This document shows, in pieces, positions 11,648 to 23,600 of a DNA stretch of 44,385 nucleotides. This DNA is from Octopus bimaculoides (lineage: Eukaryota). The position numbers and the translations under genes were made by a program. The notes under the pieces are model-generated. The model saw nothing but the letters and a program-made list of their open reading frames with translations. It searched no databases and was not told the DNA's origin. Positions within the stretch are counted from its first letter, which is position 1, and each line of letters begins with the position of its first letter. The DNA is taken from NCBI RefSeq assembly GCF_001194135.2, contig NC_068981.1, positions 47,994,433 to 48,038,817 of the forward strand. Direction: 5' to 3'.

Positions 11648-11650
<3 letters not shown>
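11145..11650 (-). mobile_element. R4/Dong-clade LINE family D, restriction-like endonuclease (REL) C-terminus plus UTR
   Basis: KPEGIIETDNAKILWDFMIQCNHEIENRKPxIVLIGKERKLCWIIDIACPAD...LPIIVG...ILRKVLEK*, with frameshifts. Confidence 0.8.
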
Positions 11651-11706
<56 letters not shown>

Positions 11707-11997
11707 GTTATCATTATTATTATTAATGTTGTTGTTGTTATTATTATTATATATTATCATTTTTATTATTACTATTTTCATTAACATCGTCTTAAAACTC
11801 TGTTTCCATTTCTTGCCGAGTGTGTTGCTAACACCTATTTCAGAGAAACGTACTGTATACATGCGTATGCCATTAAATAAAGCACACAAAATTGTTCATT
11901 TCCAGAGTCATGTGATTGAGATAAAGAAATGAAAAATTAAAAAAATAGAAAGGTAAACATAATAAAATAAATGGGATAAAAGGAAAGAAAATTTATA

Positions 11998-13075
11998 GCT
12001 TACATTGCACTTCTCGATATGTGCGGCGTACCAGTTAAGACAAGCTTTTGCAGTTCCTGCATGAATTGTAAACTAGGGACCATTCCTAAATAATTTTTAT
12101 TTCCTGTTTTGATCATTCAAGTGCTCCTACAATCATTGGTATTGTAACTGTCTTGAAATGCCACATGATTTCGATTAGAAAATTTTTACTTTTTCTGAGC
12201 TCATGAAATTCTTTTGCCGAGATGTTATGGTCAAAGGGTATGCTCATTTCAATCAATAAACAAATTTTATTTGTTATGTCTTTCACAACCATATCTAGTT
12301 TATTTGCCTCGATGGTCCGATCTGTACATACTACGAAGTCTCAAACAATAGTTTCGTTTTCTCCTTCAGTTACAGCCTCATGGCGCTTGTACCATTTGTC
12401 AGCAGATTTGATTTTATAATGCTGACACATTATACAAAGTAGATATTGGCCAACACTGTCATGTCTTGATTTGTATTCTACAGGTGCTAAAATTTTACCT
12501 CCAGAGATTAGGTGGCCGAATGTTTCTATCCCATCGTTACAATATCGGCACTTTGGATCTAAACTATTTTTTTATCACATTGGGTTCAGAGTTCCGTATT
12601 AGTGAACACTGATATTGAACAGTCAAAATAAAGCCTTCACTCTCTGCTTTTAGCCTTGAACGCTTCGTAATCACTGATGGATGTGCTTCTCGTTTACATG
12701 AGCTTGTTTCCTACGGGCCACATATTTGCCATGCAGAGGTTTTTGTTCCCCCCTATCAGCCAAAGTTTCAAGCGCATTTTCCTTTGCAATTAATTTCACC
12801 TTCTTGAAACTATAGCTGCAGCACTTCCTTCATGTTATTCAGCCTGGGTATTATTCGTAGACTTGCTTGAATATGTTTTGCTCACATTCATAACAGAATG
12901 GAACTCCTTACGTCTTTCATGATTTTCAACGAGATTTAGCATCCAATCGTTAGATGTTACAAAATACTGTGCCATTTCAACTTTGGAGATTTCAAATTGG
13001 ACGAAGCCGTGACTTCCTTGATCTCTGGGTAGCTAAAGACAATATGTATATACCTTTAGGTGGTGCATCTTATTG
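11998..13075 (-). mobile_element. R4/Dong-clade LINE family C, thumb/CCHC/REL region, highly degenerate
   Basis: KMHH...LPRDQGSHGFVQ; DWMLNLVENHE; QKPLHGKY; LKAESEGFI; CRYCNDGIETFGHLISG...EYKSRHD; DRTIEANKLDMVVKD...LIEMSIP; TIPMIVGAL. Confidence 0.8.
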
Positions 13076-13092
13076 CAAGTCATCATCATCAG

Positions 13093-13165
<73 letters not shown>

Positions 13166-13346
13166 TTATGTTTGACTTTTGTTTTGCATTTGTGCAAGTT
13201 GGATCCAAGTCTCACCCAGAGACCTCAAGAGACAACAAGTTAGAAGTTCATGTAGGTGTTATGCCTAGAGTACCATATATTTGGATTTGTACAGTTTTGT
13301 TCTAGTGAATGTTTAAGAAACCATAAGAAAATTATGTGTTTGCTTT
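13166..13346 (-). mobile_element. R4/Dong family B 3' UTR (second copy), with (AAT)n tail at 13095-13165
   Basis: Near-identical to 10830-11012; truncated by the N-gap. Confidence 0.85.
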
Positions 13347-13797
13347 NNNNNNNNNNNNNNNNNNNNNNNNNNNNNNNNNNNNNNNNNNNNNNNNNNNNNN
13401 NNNNNNNNNNNNNNNNNNNNNNNNNNNNNNNNNNNNNNNNNNNNNNNNNNNNNNNNNNNNNNNNNNNNNNNNNNNNNNNNNNNNNNNNNNNNNNNNNNNN
13501 NNNNNNNNNNNNNNNNNNNNNNNNNNNNNNNNNNNNNNNNNNNNNNNNNNNNNNNNNNNNNNNNNNNNNNNNNNNNNNNNNNNNNNNNNNNNNNNNNNNN
13601 NNNNNNNNNNNNNNNNNNNNNNNNNNNNNNNNNNNNNNNNNNNNNNNNNNNNNNNNNNNNNNNNNNNNNNNNNNNNNNNNNNNNNNNNNNNNNNNNNNNN
13701 NNNNNNNNNNNNNNNNNNNNNNNNNNNNNNNNNNNNNNNNNNNNNNNNNNNNNNNNNNNNNNNNNNNNNNNNNNNNNNNNNNNNNNNNNNNNNNNNN

Positions 13798-14530
13798 TGT
13801 ATTTGTCTGAATATTTTTTTATTATACCTAAGGCACCTACTATGATAGGAATTGTTTCTGTTTTTAGATTCCACATTCGAGTTATCCCTATTTCCAGGTC
13901 TTTGTATTTTGAAAGTTTTTTCCATTTCTTTTAGAGAAACGTTGTCATCTGCTGGTATTGATGCATCAATTAGAAAGCATTGTTTTTCTTCATGATCTTT
14001 GACAACTGTATCTGGTCTATTTTGCCTTAATTTCTCTATCTGTGTGTATTGGCATATCCCAGAGTATGGTTGCTTTCTCGTTTTCTGTGACCTTTTCTGG
14101 TGTGTGTTTATACCATCTTTTTTCTGTTGTTATTCCATAGTGTTGGCATACATTCCAGTGTATATAAGTCCCAGCTCTGTCGTGTCTGTGAATATGTTCC
14201 TTCTTAGCCAAGACTTGGCAGCCAGAGATAATATGATTTATTGTTTCTTGTCCATCTCCACATATTCTACAATTACTTGTTATATTTCTTTTCATTATGT
14301 GTGTTTGGTAATTTCTGGTGGGGAGGCTCTGGTCCTGTGCAGCAATTAAAAATCCTTCAGTCTCTGCTTTGAGTCCTGAGCTTCTCAGCCTTTGCTGGGA
14401 TTTTTCTCTGTCTATTTCTTTCGGAGTTAGTTTAGCCCAGTATTTACCATGTAGAGGCTTTTCTTGCCATCGTTTTATCATGGTCCGTTGCTGTTCTAGT
14501 TTTAGTTTAGATTTCATTTGTTTTATAGCT
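13798..14530 (-). mobile_element. R4/Dong-clade LINE family A, CCHC plus REL endonuclease region
   Basis: WQEKPLHGKY...GLKAETEGFLIAAQDQSLPTRNY...CRICGDGQETINHIISGC...RHD...ILWDMPIHTDREIKA(fs)NRPDTVVKD...FLIDASIP...MWNLKTETIPIIVGALG. CCHC knuckle and RPD..D REL motif present, with two 1-nt frameshifts. Confidence 0.92.
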
Positions 14531-14725
14531 TTTCTTCTTCTTCTTCTTCTTCTTCTTCTTCTTCTTCTTCTTCTTCTTCTTCTTCTTCTTCTTCTTCTTC
14601 TTCTTCTTCTTCTTCTTCTTCTTCTTCTTCTTCTTCTTCTTCTTCTTCTTCTTCTTCTTCTTCTTCTTCTTCTTCTTCTTCTTCTTCTTTTTATTATTAT
14701 TATTATTATTATGATTATTATTATT
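14531..14725. repeat. Compound (CTT)n-(ATT)n microsatellite
   Basis: About 50 CTT units followed by ATT units. Confidence 0.95.
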
Positions 14726-15344
14726 GAGTGAGAGAGCAGTGCATGTCATCAAAGTGACACTGTGGTAAAATATACGAAGGCCATTATACGCATCATGACT
14801 ACCTGTCTGATAAGGGTACACCAGGCACGTGCATCACAACCATATGTGCGTGACATGGTGATCTCATATCGAGATAAACAACGCATGACCTCGTAGGTGG
14901 GGCCCAGTTAGAATTTTTTTCAGGTCGAGTAGCCCATCCCGCTCAAAAGGTCCCTGAATAAGGTTTGTTTAAGGATGTTGAGCAAAACACCCATGTTTCC
15001 AAAGGTGAATTATTCAAACCCGAAAGAATTCCTCTCAANNNNNNNNNNCATGTTTCCAAAGGTGAATTATTCAAACCCGAAAGAATTCCTCTCAACACAT
15101 GGCTATGATGCTCCCCCACTACTTCTGCTCATGATCAGAGATGCACATATCGTCAGCCTCCAAGGGACATGCTCAACTGGTTAAGGTCAAACGGCTGACA
15201 AGCAAATCTGTGGTATAAAGCAGAATATTTGCTGTAGCCCATCTTTTTATACCAAGACAAAAGAATGTACATGATAACACTTCCAATCAATTAAGCTCAG
15301 AAGCCATGAGAGCCACTGCCTGGTACTGCATCCGGGCATTTTTT
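14726..15344 (-). mobile_element. ~570-bp non-coding retroposed element (SINE-like) between (AAT)n tracts
   Basis: Starts aaaaaatgcccggatgcagtacc immediately after (AAT)n and ends ...ctctctcactc-(AAT)n. No ORF. I recall it as a high-copy octopus repeat (not verifiable here). The 47-bp duplication across the 10-N gap is an assembly overlap. Confidence 0.55.
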
Positions 15345-15347
15345 ATT

Positions 15348-15396
<49 letters not shown>

Positions 15397-15397
<1 letters not shown>

Positions 15398-15770
15398 CGA
15401 ATACTTTAGTCTTCAACAAATGCTTTCACTACACTAGAGGCGCAACTGTGTGTGCCTTTGGTATGTACTGTGGATAGTTGCGATTCTCTTATTTTTCCTG
15501 TATTGAAACTGTTTTACGTAGGATGTGTGCAGTGCCTAGTAGTGCTATTTTCTGTATGCTATATATACTTGCTAGTCCTGATGCTTTTGTTATGCATCTG
15601 TTTGAATAGCTTTATCATACGTAAAACGCCCACTATGATAGGAATTGTTTCTCTTTTTAGCATCCACACTCGCGTTACCTCTCTTTCCAGATGGTTTTAT
15701 TTTTTCCGTTGCAATTAGAGAAACATTATCATCTGTTGGTTTTGATACGTCTATTGTTGGTGATCTTTCA
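15397..15770 (-). mobile_element. R4/Dong family A 3' fragment (older copy), with (AAT)n tail at 15345-15396
   Basis: IDVSKPTDDNVSL...EVTRVWMLKRETIPIIVG...SIYSIQKIALLGTAHILRKTVSIQ plus UTR. Confidence 0.8.
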
Positions 15771-15892
15771 CAAATATATGTAAATTGTTAGTTTTGTTAT
15801 ACTCCCTGTTAATTTTCAGCATCTTAAGAATTCTATCATTTTCTAGAATTTTTTTTCATTATTACTATGATTCTAGATTTGTTAAAACGTAC

Positions 15893-15946
15893 CTTTTTAT
15901 CCAGCTTCAAATCATGCTTATAATTTTGGCTTTGTTTAAATATATC
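15893..15946 (-). CDS. Candidate 54-nt internal host exon (DIFKQSQNYKHDLKLDKK), unidentified
   Basis: Acceptor cttcccgttattaag|G and donor AAG|gtacgt. Only phase 0 is open and the exon is symmetric. No homology recognised. Confidence 0.25.
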
Positions 15947-16524
15947 CTTAATAACGGGAAGCCTCGAAATACAAGTGTGAGCAATTTACAAGTGAACACA
16001 TCCGTGTGTAACTGTGTAAATAATACTCGATGCCCTTCAGAAAATCAGTGTTGAAAGAAGAATGTAGCCTATCAGTGTGAAGTAGTACATAAATATCATA
16101 AGTATTGGAATATTCTTCTGCTACGTGTTGTAAATCTAGATATTATATTCCTTCTAATATAATTCTACTAATCTTAGTGAATTCCTTTGTAAGTTAAATG
16201 ATTGGGTGTGGAGTTGGGAGCTGATGGGATGTTAAAGGAGTGTTTCGCGAAGCCATTTGAATAGTTCACCTTTTGTGAGAAATCTAATGGCCAGATGTTT
16301 TTCCAACTTCTTTCTTGTACTAATTTTCTATGATTTAAATGTGTGTCTGGGGTGGCGGTGTAAATGAGGTGTAATATACATGTCTTTTGATAAGAATGTT
16401 TGTTGATGGAAATAATTTCTTATATATGTTTTTGTGGAAGGGAAGGGGTAGGATCATGCTAGCTCACATATTTAATTCCTTACGTATAATTAACAAAATG
16501 TATATACACAATCTCTCTCCACAC

Positions 16525-16571
<47 letters not shown>

Positions 16572-18188
16572 AACACACACACACAAACACACACATATAT
16601 ACATATNNNNNNNNNNNNNNNNNNNNNNNNNNNNNNNNNNNNNNNNNNNNNNNNNNNNNNNNNNNNNNNNNNNNNNNNNNNNNNNNNNNNNNNNNNNNNN
16701 NNNNNNNNNNNNNNNNNNNNNNNNNNNNNNNNNNNNNNNNNNNNNNNNNNNNNNNNNNNNNNNNNNNNNNNNNNNNNNNNNNNNNNNNNNNNNNNNNNNN
16801 NNNNNNNNNNNNNNNNNNNNNNNNNNNNNNNNNNNNNNNNNNNNNNNNNNNNNNNNNNNNNNNNNNNNNNNNNNNNNNNNNNNNNNNNNNNNNNNNNNNN
16901 NNNNNNNNNNNNNNNNNNNNNNNNNNNNNNNNNNNNNNNNNNNNNNNNNNNNNNNNNNNNNNNNNNNNNNNNNNNNNNNNNNNNNNNNNNNNNNNNNNNN
17001 NNNNNNNNNNNNNNNNNNNNNNNNNNNNNNNNNNNNNNNNNNNNNNNNNNNNNNNNNNNNNNNNNNNNNNNNNNNNNNNNNNNNNNNNNNNNNNNNNNNN
17101 NNNNNNNNNNNNNNNNNNNNNNNNNNNNNNNNNNNNNNNNNNNNNNNNNNNNNNNNNNNNNNNNNNNNNNNNNNNNNNNNNNNNNNNNNNNNNNNNNNNN
17201 NNNNNNNNNNNNNNNNNNNNNNNNNNNNNNNNNNNNNNNNNNNNNNNNNNNNNNNNNNNNNNNNNNNNNNNNNNNNNNNNNNNNNNNNNNNNNNNNNNNN
17301 NNNNNNNNNNNNNNNNNNNNNNNNNNNNNNNNNNNNNNNNNNNNNNNNNNNNNNNNNNNNNNNNNNNNNNNNNNNNNNNNNNTATATATATTTGCACATA
17401 TATATCCAAACACATGTATACATATGTGCACACATGTGCATGTGTAAGTATCACAACTATATATTTACATATACCTCACTGTTGTACAAATCCCAACCCC
17501 ACCCCGAACATTCCCAAATCTTATATATACAAACACACAGACCTAAATCCTCAGATCTGTTTGACAGTGAGTGTGAGAAAAATGCTCCAGAAAAGTTCAC
17601 AAGGAACATTTTTTTTAAAATCTCCCCACCCAAGTTAATAAAAAAACGTACTAGATGTACGAACTACTATCTAAAATTCATTTTATAAAAAAATTATTTT
17701 TTAATGATAAATTAAACTGATTAGAACTACTAGTGAAGTCATTCTATTTCTTCTATCAATTCTATCTATCTCTTCATATGTATGTATATGTATATATATG
17801 TATATGTATATGTATGTATATGTATATGTGCATGTATGTATGGATATATTTCGCTTAAGCAAATCTAAAACCTGGTGTCAGAACACAGTATATAGGTGCT
17901 TCAAATTGCAGTGGCAGCCGAGTACAGAATGGTAGTAAGAAATTACAGTGACAAACAAATAACCAATTATATGAGGAATGTCATTAGTATACAGCTGCTG
18001 TTCCTGCCTGAACCTCAAGCGAATCTTCAGAGTGATACTCAGACGTTGAAGTAGGACTGCATTGAATTTTAAAGCAGAATGTCGAAGCCTAATGAAGTTT
18101 ATAACCTAATTCAGTATACATTTCTCCATCTAATTTCTGATAAATATATATAGGTATGACAACTAAAAGTGGTGGTCCTATAGATGAC

Positions 18189-18617
18189 GATGTTACTGTT
18201 GTGTTTAGACCCAAGAAGACATCACCAGCTGGTCAATAACACAGTCTGTGTCCGATTAGTATTTGCGAAGGAGGTTATCGCTCACTTCTCTAGACTTCCG
18301 TGGTAAACCCAGGCCTGGGTTTCTGATAGTTACCCGTCTTCAGTGTCCGTTAACCACAGGCTAGTGATGAAGAACTCGTTCCACTCGCAAAATACTATAT
18401 GCTTTTTTCTAGTTTTTTTTTCTATTAACACACTAACGCTGATCTTATAAAGAGAGAGCTAACTTATATTAAATCTCTGAGTGAGAGATAAACAGTAGTA
18501 ATAAGGAATTATAAAATATATTTGCCAACTAAATCTGGTGATGATCTCCTTCGCAAATACTAATCGGACACAGGCTGGAGGAGATGTCTTCCTGATGCTA
18601 AAATCAACAGTAACATC
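18189..18617. mobile_element. Inverted pair of pLTR-like repeats (18189-18350 minus; 18541-18617 plus)
   Basis: ctccttcgcaaatactaatcggacacag...gatgtctt...caacagtaacatc occurs in opposite orientations. A third copy lies at 20190-20280 (+). Confidence 0.7.
18300..18350 (-). ncRNA. Degenerate hammerhead motif with 18-bp palindromic helix III
   Basis: CUGAAGA-CGGGUAACUAUCA-GAAA-CCCAGGCCUGGG-UU. 18305-18322 (aaacccaggcctgggttt) is a perfect palindrome. Stems I and II are poorly paired. Confidence 0.45.
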
Positions 18618-18949
18618 TTCCCTTATAGGTCCACCACAATTATTTATCAAATATATTCTATGATTCTGTACCGTTACTATTTATCTCTCGCGCAGGGATT
18701 TAATATAAATAAATTATCTCTCTTATCACGTATATATATATAGATAGATGTAGTGACAAGAAGTGGATACGAGGGCAGCAGAATCAAGCTCCCGTATACA
18801 CCGAATGGGCTAACAGCTAGGACAAAGGCACATATGGCACTGATCACGTGAGGAAATAAGAAAGACCAAGGTGGTGCTTCAGTATGACCTCTGCCATATA
18901 GATGAAATGAATGAATGTCTAAAACACCTATACCTATACCTATACACAC

Positions 18950-19003
<54 letters not shown>

Positions 19004-20039
19004 NNNNNNNNNNNNNNNNNNNNNNNNNNNNNNNNNNNNNNNNNNNNNNNNNNNNNNNNNNNNNNNNNNNNNNNNNNNNNNNNNNNNNNNNNNNNNNNNN
19101 NNNNNNNNNNNNNNNNNNNNNNNNNNNNNNNNNNNNNNNNNNNNNNNNNNNNNNNNNNNNNNNNNNNNNNNNNNNNNNNNNNNNNNNNNNNNNNNNNNNN
19201 NNNNNNNNNNNNNNNNNNNNNNNNNNNNNNNNNNNNNNNNNNNNNNNNNNNNNNNNNNNNNNNNNNNNNNNNNNNNNNNNNNNNNNNNNNNNNNNNNNNN
19301 NNNNNNNNNNNNNNNNNNNNNNNNNNNNNNNNNNNNNNNNNNNNNNNNNNNNNNNNNNNNNNNNNNNNNNNNNNNNNNNNNNNNNNNNNNNNNNNNNNNN
19401 NNNNNNNNNNNNNNNNNNNNNNNNNNNNNNNNNNNNNNNNNNNNNNNNNNNNNNNNNNNNNNNNNNNNNNNNNNNNNNNNNNNNNNNNNNNNNNNNNNNN
19501 NNNNNNNNNNNNNNNNNNNNNNNNNNNNNNNNNNNNNNNNNNNNNNNNNNNNNNNNNNNNNNNNNNNNNNNNNNNNNNNNNNNNNNNNNNNNNNNNNNNN
19601 NNNNNNNNNNNNNNNNNNNNNNNNNNNNNNNNNNNNNNNNNNNNNNNNNNNNNNNNNNNNNNNNNNNNNNNNNNNNNNNNNNNNNNNNNNNNNNNNNNNN
19701 NNNNNNNNNNNNNNNNNNNNNNNNNNNNNNNNNNNNNNNNNNNNNNNNNNNNNNNNNNNNNNNNNNNNNNNNNNNNNNNNNNNNNNNNNNNNNNNNNNNN
19801 NNNNNNNNNNNNNNNNNNNNNNNNNNNNNNNNNNNNNNNNNNNNNNNNNNNNNNNNNNNNNNNNNNNNNNNNNNNNNNNNNNNNNNNNNNNNNNNNNNNN
19901 NNNNNNNNNNNNNNNNNNNNNNNNNNNNNNNNNNNNNNNNNNNNNNNNNNNNNNNNNNNNNNNNNNNNNNNNNNNNNNNNNNNNNNNNNNNNNTGTTAAT
20001 ACTTCATTTAGAGAATTAACATTGCTTGTTTTCACCTTT

Positions 20040-20310
20040 TCAATATCAGTGAAGAATTTCACTGGAAAAGAAGATATAAGGTTTGCCAGGTTTTTGTCTC
20101 TCTCGCCAAGGTCATCAGCTGTCGAACGCCGACGAAGGGAAATAACCCTGAAATCCGGATACGTTCGTGCTGCTGGTCGAGGTGAGAGGGATAACTCCCT
20201 TGGCAAACAGGACACAGTCGTGTGTCGATAAGCCAGCTGGAGGAGATGTCCTCCTGGGGCTAAAAGCAACAGTAACATCCACCCCTAGGGGTCAGCCACA
20301 CTTAAGTGGC
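20040..20310 (+). mobile_element. pLTR-like repeat fragment carrying a hammerhead (same family as 18189-18617)
   Basis: Shared gacacag...ccagctggaggagatgtc...caacagtaacatc segment preceded by the HHR motif. Confidence 0.6.
20116..20172 (+). ncRNA. Minimal type I hammerhead ribozyme motif (U4C variant)
   Basis: CGAACG(20123-28)-CCGACGA-AGGG-AAAUAA-CCCU-GAAA-UCCGGA-U-A(20161)-CGUUCG. Perfect 6-bp stem I, 4-bp stem II, palindromic AUCCGGAU helix III and AUA triplet. One core change (U4 to C). Confidence 0.7.
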
Positions 20311-20320
20311 AATATACTAC

Positions 20321-20361
<41 letters not shown>

Positions 20362-21157
20362 CGAATGCGTTATAATATTATCTCCACAGCTATACCAACA
20401 ATACAACATTATTTCATCATCAGCTACACCACGGATATCATTATCGTTTCGACACCTGGGAACTACCATTCAATATATTGGTGTCAACACCACTAAAATA
20501 AGTGTTGTTTGTGAGTAAACAAACCAAATTCCAAACACATTTTCCTAACCTACATCCGTATCGATAACTAAATTCCATAACTAATTTAAAACCATTCCTA
20601 AATAGTAACTAAACAACAACAATTCTTTTACGCGATACAAAATTATAATCTCTACCGTCTTTCGTAGCGTAATATAAATGTAAATGCTTAATAAACACGT
20701 TATTTTCATCAATCAATATATAGGCAGGTTTAAACACTAACTTTAACAAATCTATAAGAGACATACGAAACGATGTACGGTGTAGTGGTATTAATAGTAA
20801 ACTGCAATAACTAAATTATATACTAACTTGTGATCAATCTTTAGGTCCATATATATAATAATGCCACCGGTCTTCCATAGATACTACTATAAGGAAATTT
20901 CAAGCCTACAATTTTTGTTTCCAAAACAAAATACGATTGAAATTAACTAATATTTTATGAGTGTAATATATTTCATCGAAAATTAATAATGAAATACTAC
21001 ATATACATTTAAATTTCATTACATAGGAACTAATAAAAGTACTTCCGATAAACTATTATTATAAACCATCTCTCTTTCCTTTCCCGAGCGTCTAATAAGA
21101 CTATCCGTATCACGTCGTCACGTTGTTGTCTTTTGTTATTGAATCTTGTCTTTTTTA

Positions 21158-21191
<34 letters not shown>

Positions 21192-21418
21192 NNNNNNNNN
21201 NNNNNNNNNNNNNNNNNNNNNNNNNNNNNNNNNNNNNNNNNNNNNNNNNNNNNNNNNNNNNNNNNNNNNNNNNNNNNNNNNNNNNNNNNNNNNNNNNNNN
21301 NNNNNNNNNNNNNNNNNNNNNNNNNNNNNNNNNNNNNNNNNNNNNNNNNNNNNNNNNNNNATTTATTTATTATTCTTTTTATTATAATTATATAATAATA
21401 ATAATAACAATAACGATG

Positions 21419-21449
<31 letters not shown>

Positions 21450-21452
21450 GAA

Positions 21453-21527
<75 letters not shown>

Positions 21528-21965
21528 GTTTACTTTAATCATTTCAATATTTTAATTTCGTTTTTCTATATAATCAGAGCCCTAAGAGACTCTATAGATA
21601 TACGATATTCTATCAGGTATAAGCAGAAATTATCTAATAAAGATTTTGTTTCGGTTTAAGGGCAGAATAACCATGAATCATATGCTTTTTGTGGATTGTT
21701 CTGTTTTTGACTCATGTAGCATCTGGATGGTTTTACTTGATGAACTAAAATGGTAATTGAAAACACAGTACATTTTTGTATTAGATAAAGATATCGAGTA
21801 GATGTTTTTATTTTTTGGTGCACTATGTGTGAACTTTATTTATTTCTGTATTCAGAAAGCCTTTTTTCCAAAAGTCATAAATTTCTATCCATTCAGAAAC
21901 GAAATGTGTATATATTTATGTGAATACATATGTGCAGGTAAATAGCAAAAATCAGTAGATTACAC

Positions 21966-23600
21966 AGATTCTATCACCTCATTAAAACACACGAGGATAG
22001 CAACGCGATCCAGATTAGACCCATCGTCTCCTGGGTAGAAGGACATCTATATAAAATATCCTAGATACTTTCTCACATTCTGAAACCCATACATTACACC
22101 TTTCCTGGACACGTCAAGAACTCCGACGAAGTCATCAAAAGACCGCGCCAACTGCCCACAGATCAACTTACGCAAAACTGATATGCCTTTAGACTTGACG
22201 TTGTCTCAATATACACAACGATACCAGCACACTCGGTGGTCAGCCTATTAATTGACTGCATAGTAGCATCCGACATCCACTGATTCGGACTCACCGAAGC
22301 TGATATGTATCAACTATAGTCCATCATCAGGGAAACACGTATTCTCTTTCCATGATCACATGTACAAACACACAAAAGGTCACCCATGGGATCGTGTATC
22401 TCGGGCCTACTAGCATTCACTTATATGAACAATCTGGAACGTCTAGCAGTCAACATCTGCCGCTTATGTGCTTTCTTCACCATGTACTTAGAGGACATCC
22501 TCATACTCACATCCTGCCGTGAAGAAGCAGACAGAATATTCACGGCGTTCAACAGCATGCACGTGAACATACCGTTCACTCTAGAACATCCCAACGACTC
22601 TGGGTCCCTATCGTTATTGGACTTCCAACTGAAAATAACGGAAAAAGAGATCCACACCGATTTCTACGGGAAAGCAGCTAGCAGGAATATGTTTGTTCAG
22701 TACGGTTCAGCTCTTCCACTCGGTACCAAAATAGGATCCACACCACACGCTTACAAGACATATTGAAAACCAATGGGTACCCTATATCTATCGTAAATCG
22801 GTTGAAGTACCCAGGACGACAAGCACACTGAACATACAGAAGGCCCAGCAACATATGCTTCCTTAAAATAGTACATTTTAGCGGGAGGATAACTAGAGCC
22901 ATTCGAAGAGCCAAAAGAAGAGAAGGATTAGACATACAAGTATCCCAACCGGCTCCTCTCTGAGAAGACACCTAGCAAAGAAACGAGTAAGGGACAGCAA
23001 TCAATGCACACTAGCTAACTGCACCATCCGTGACACTGATTTATGTCCAACGGGTAAATGATGTGTATAGAATACAATGTAACAAATACAACAAGTTCTA
23101 TGTGGATAGAAGAACAAGACCGTTACACATTCGCATCAAAGAACATCCGAACACAAGAGCCTCCTCCTTCAAAAAACATCTAGACGGATGCCGGAACACC
23201 GACAAAAGCATAACGGTCGCAATTGAAGTCAATAAAAGAAATTTGGGTAATCTAAGTATTAAGGAAGCTACCGTCATATACAATCTAGGGCCCCAAATTA
23301 ACAATAGGCTGAATGTGACAATTAGTATATTCTTTAGCTACATCTTGATGTATGTAGGTTCATTTTTGATAACATGCCCAGTTATTATATATATGTATAA
23401 AATATTACTTCACGTATAATACATAACCTAGAAGCAGGGCTGCATATGTGCCAACACACACGAACTTGAGACATGGCCACCCTCACGTACTTCTCATGCG
23501 AAATTCAGGAAGAAACTTTGTGAGACCACCGCAGAGACGCTTCCGGAAAAAAAGCCAGCAACCGTTGGAAAACTGATTATAGTAGTGACTCGATCTATTC
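21966..23600 (+). mobile_element. Penelope-like element (Penelope/Poseidon-type) RT plus GIY-YIG, pseudogene
   Basis: RFYHLIKTHE...IRPIVSW; LDVVSIYTTIP; KG.PMGSCISGLLAFTYM; YLEDILI; FTLEHPN...LSLLDFQL; ILKTNGYP; VYRIQCNKYNKFYVDRRTRPLHIRIKEH...KEA.VI...GPQIN. Many stops and frameshifts; ORF remnant ends ~23330. Confidence 0.92.

Noticed and set aside
14992-15095. 47-bp direct repeat flanking a 10-N gap
   Set aside because: Typical unmerged contig overlap, not a biological duplication.
18000-18030. CUGAAGA...GCUUG/CAGGC...GAAC hammerhead-like remnant (-)
   Set aside because: GAAA core and stems I/III are not recoverable.
23425-23460. Possible HHR remnant after the Penelope ORF (ctagaagcagggc...tgccaacac)
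   Set aside because: The position is right, but too many core changes to support a call.
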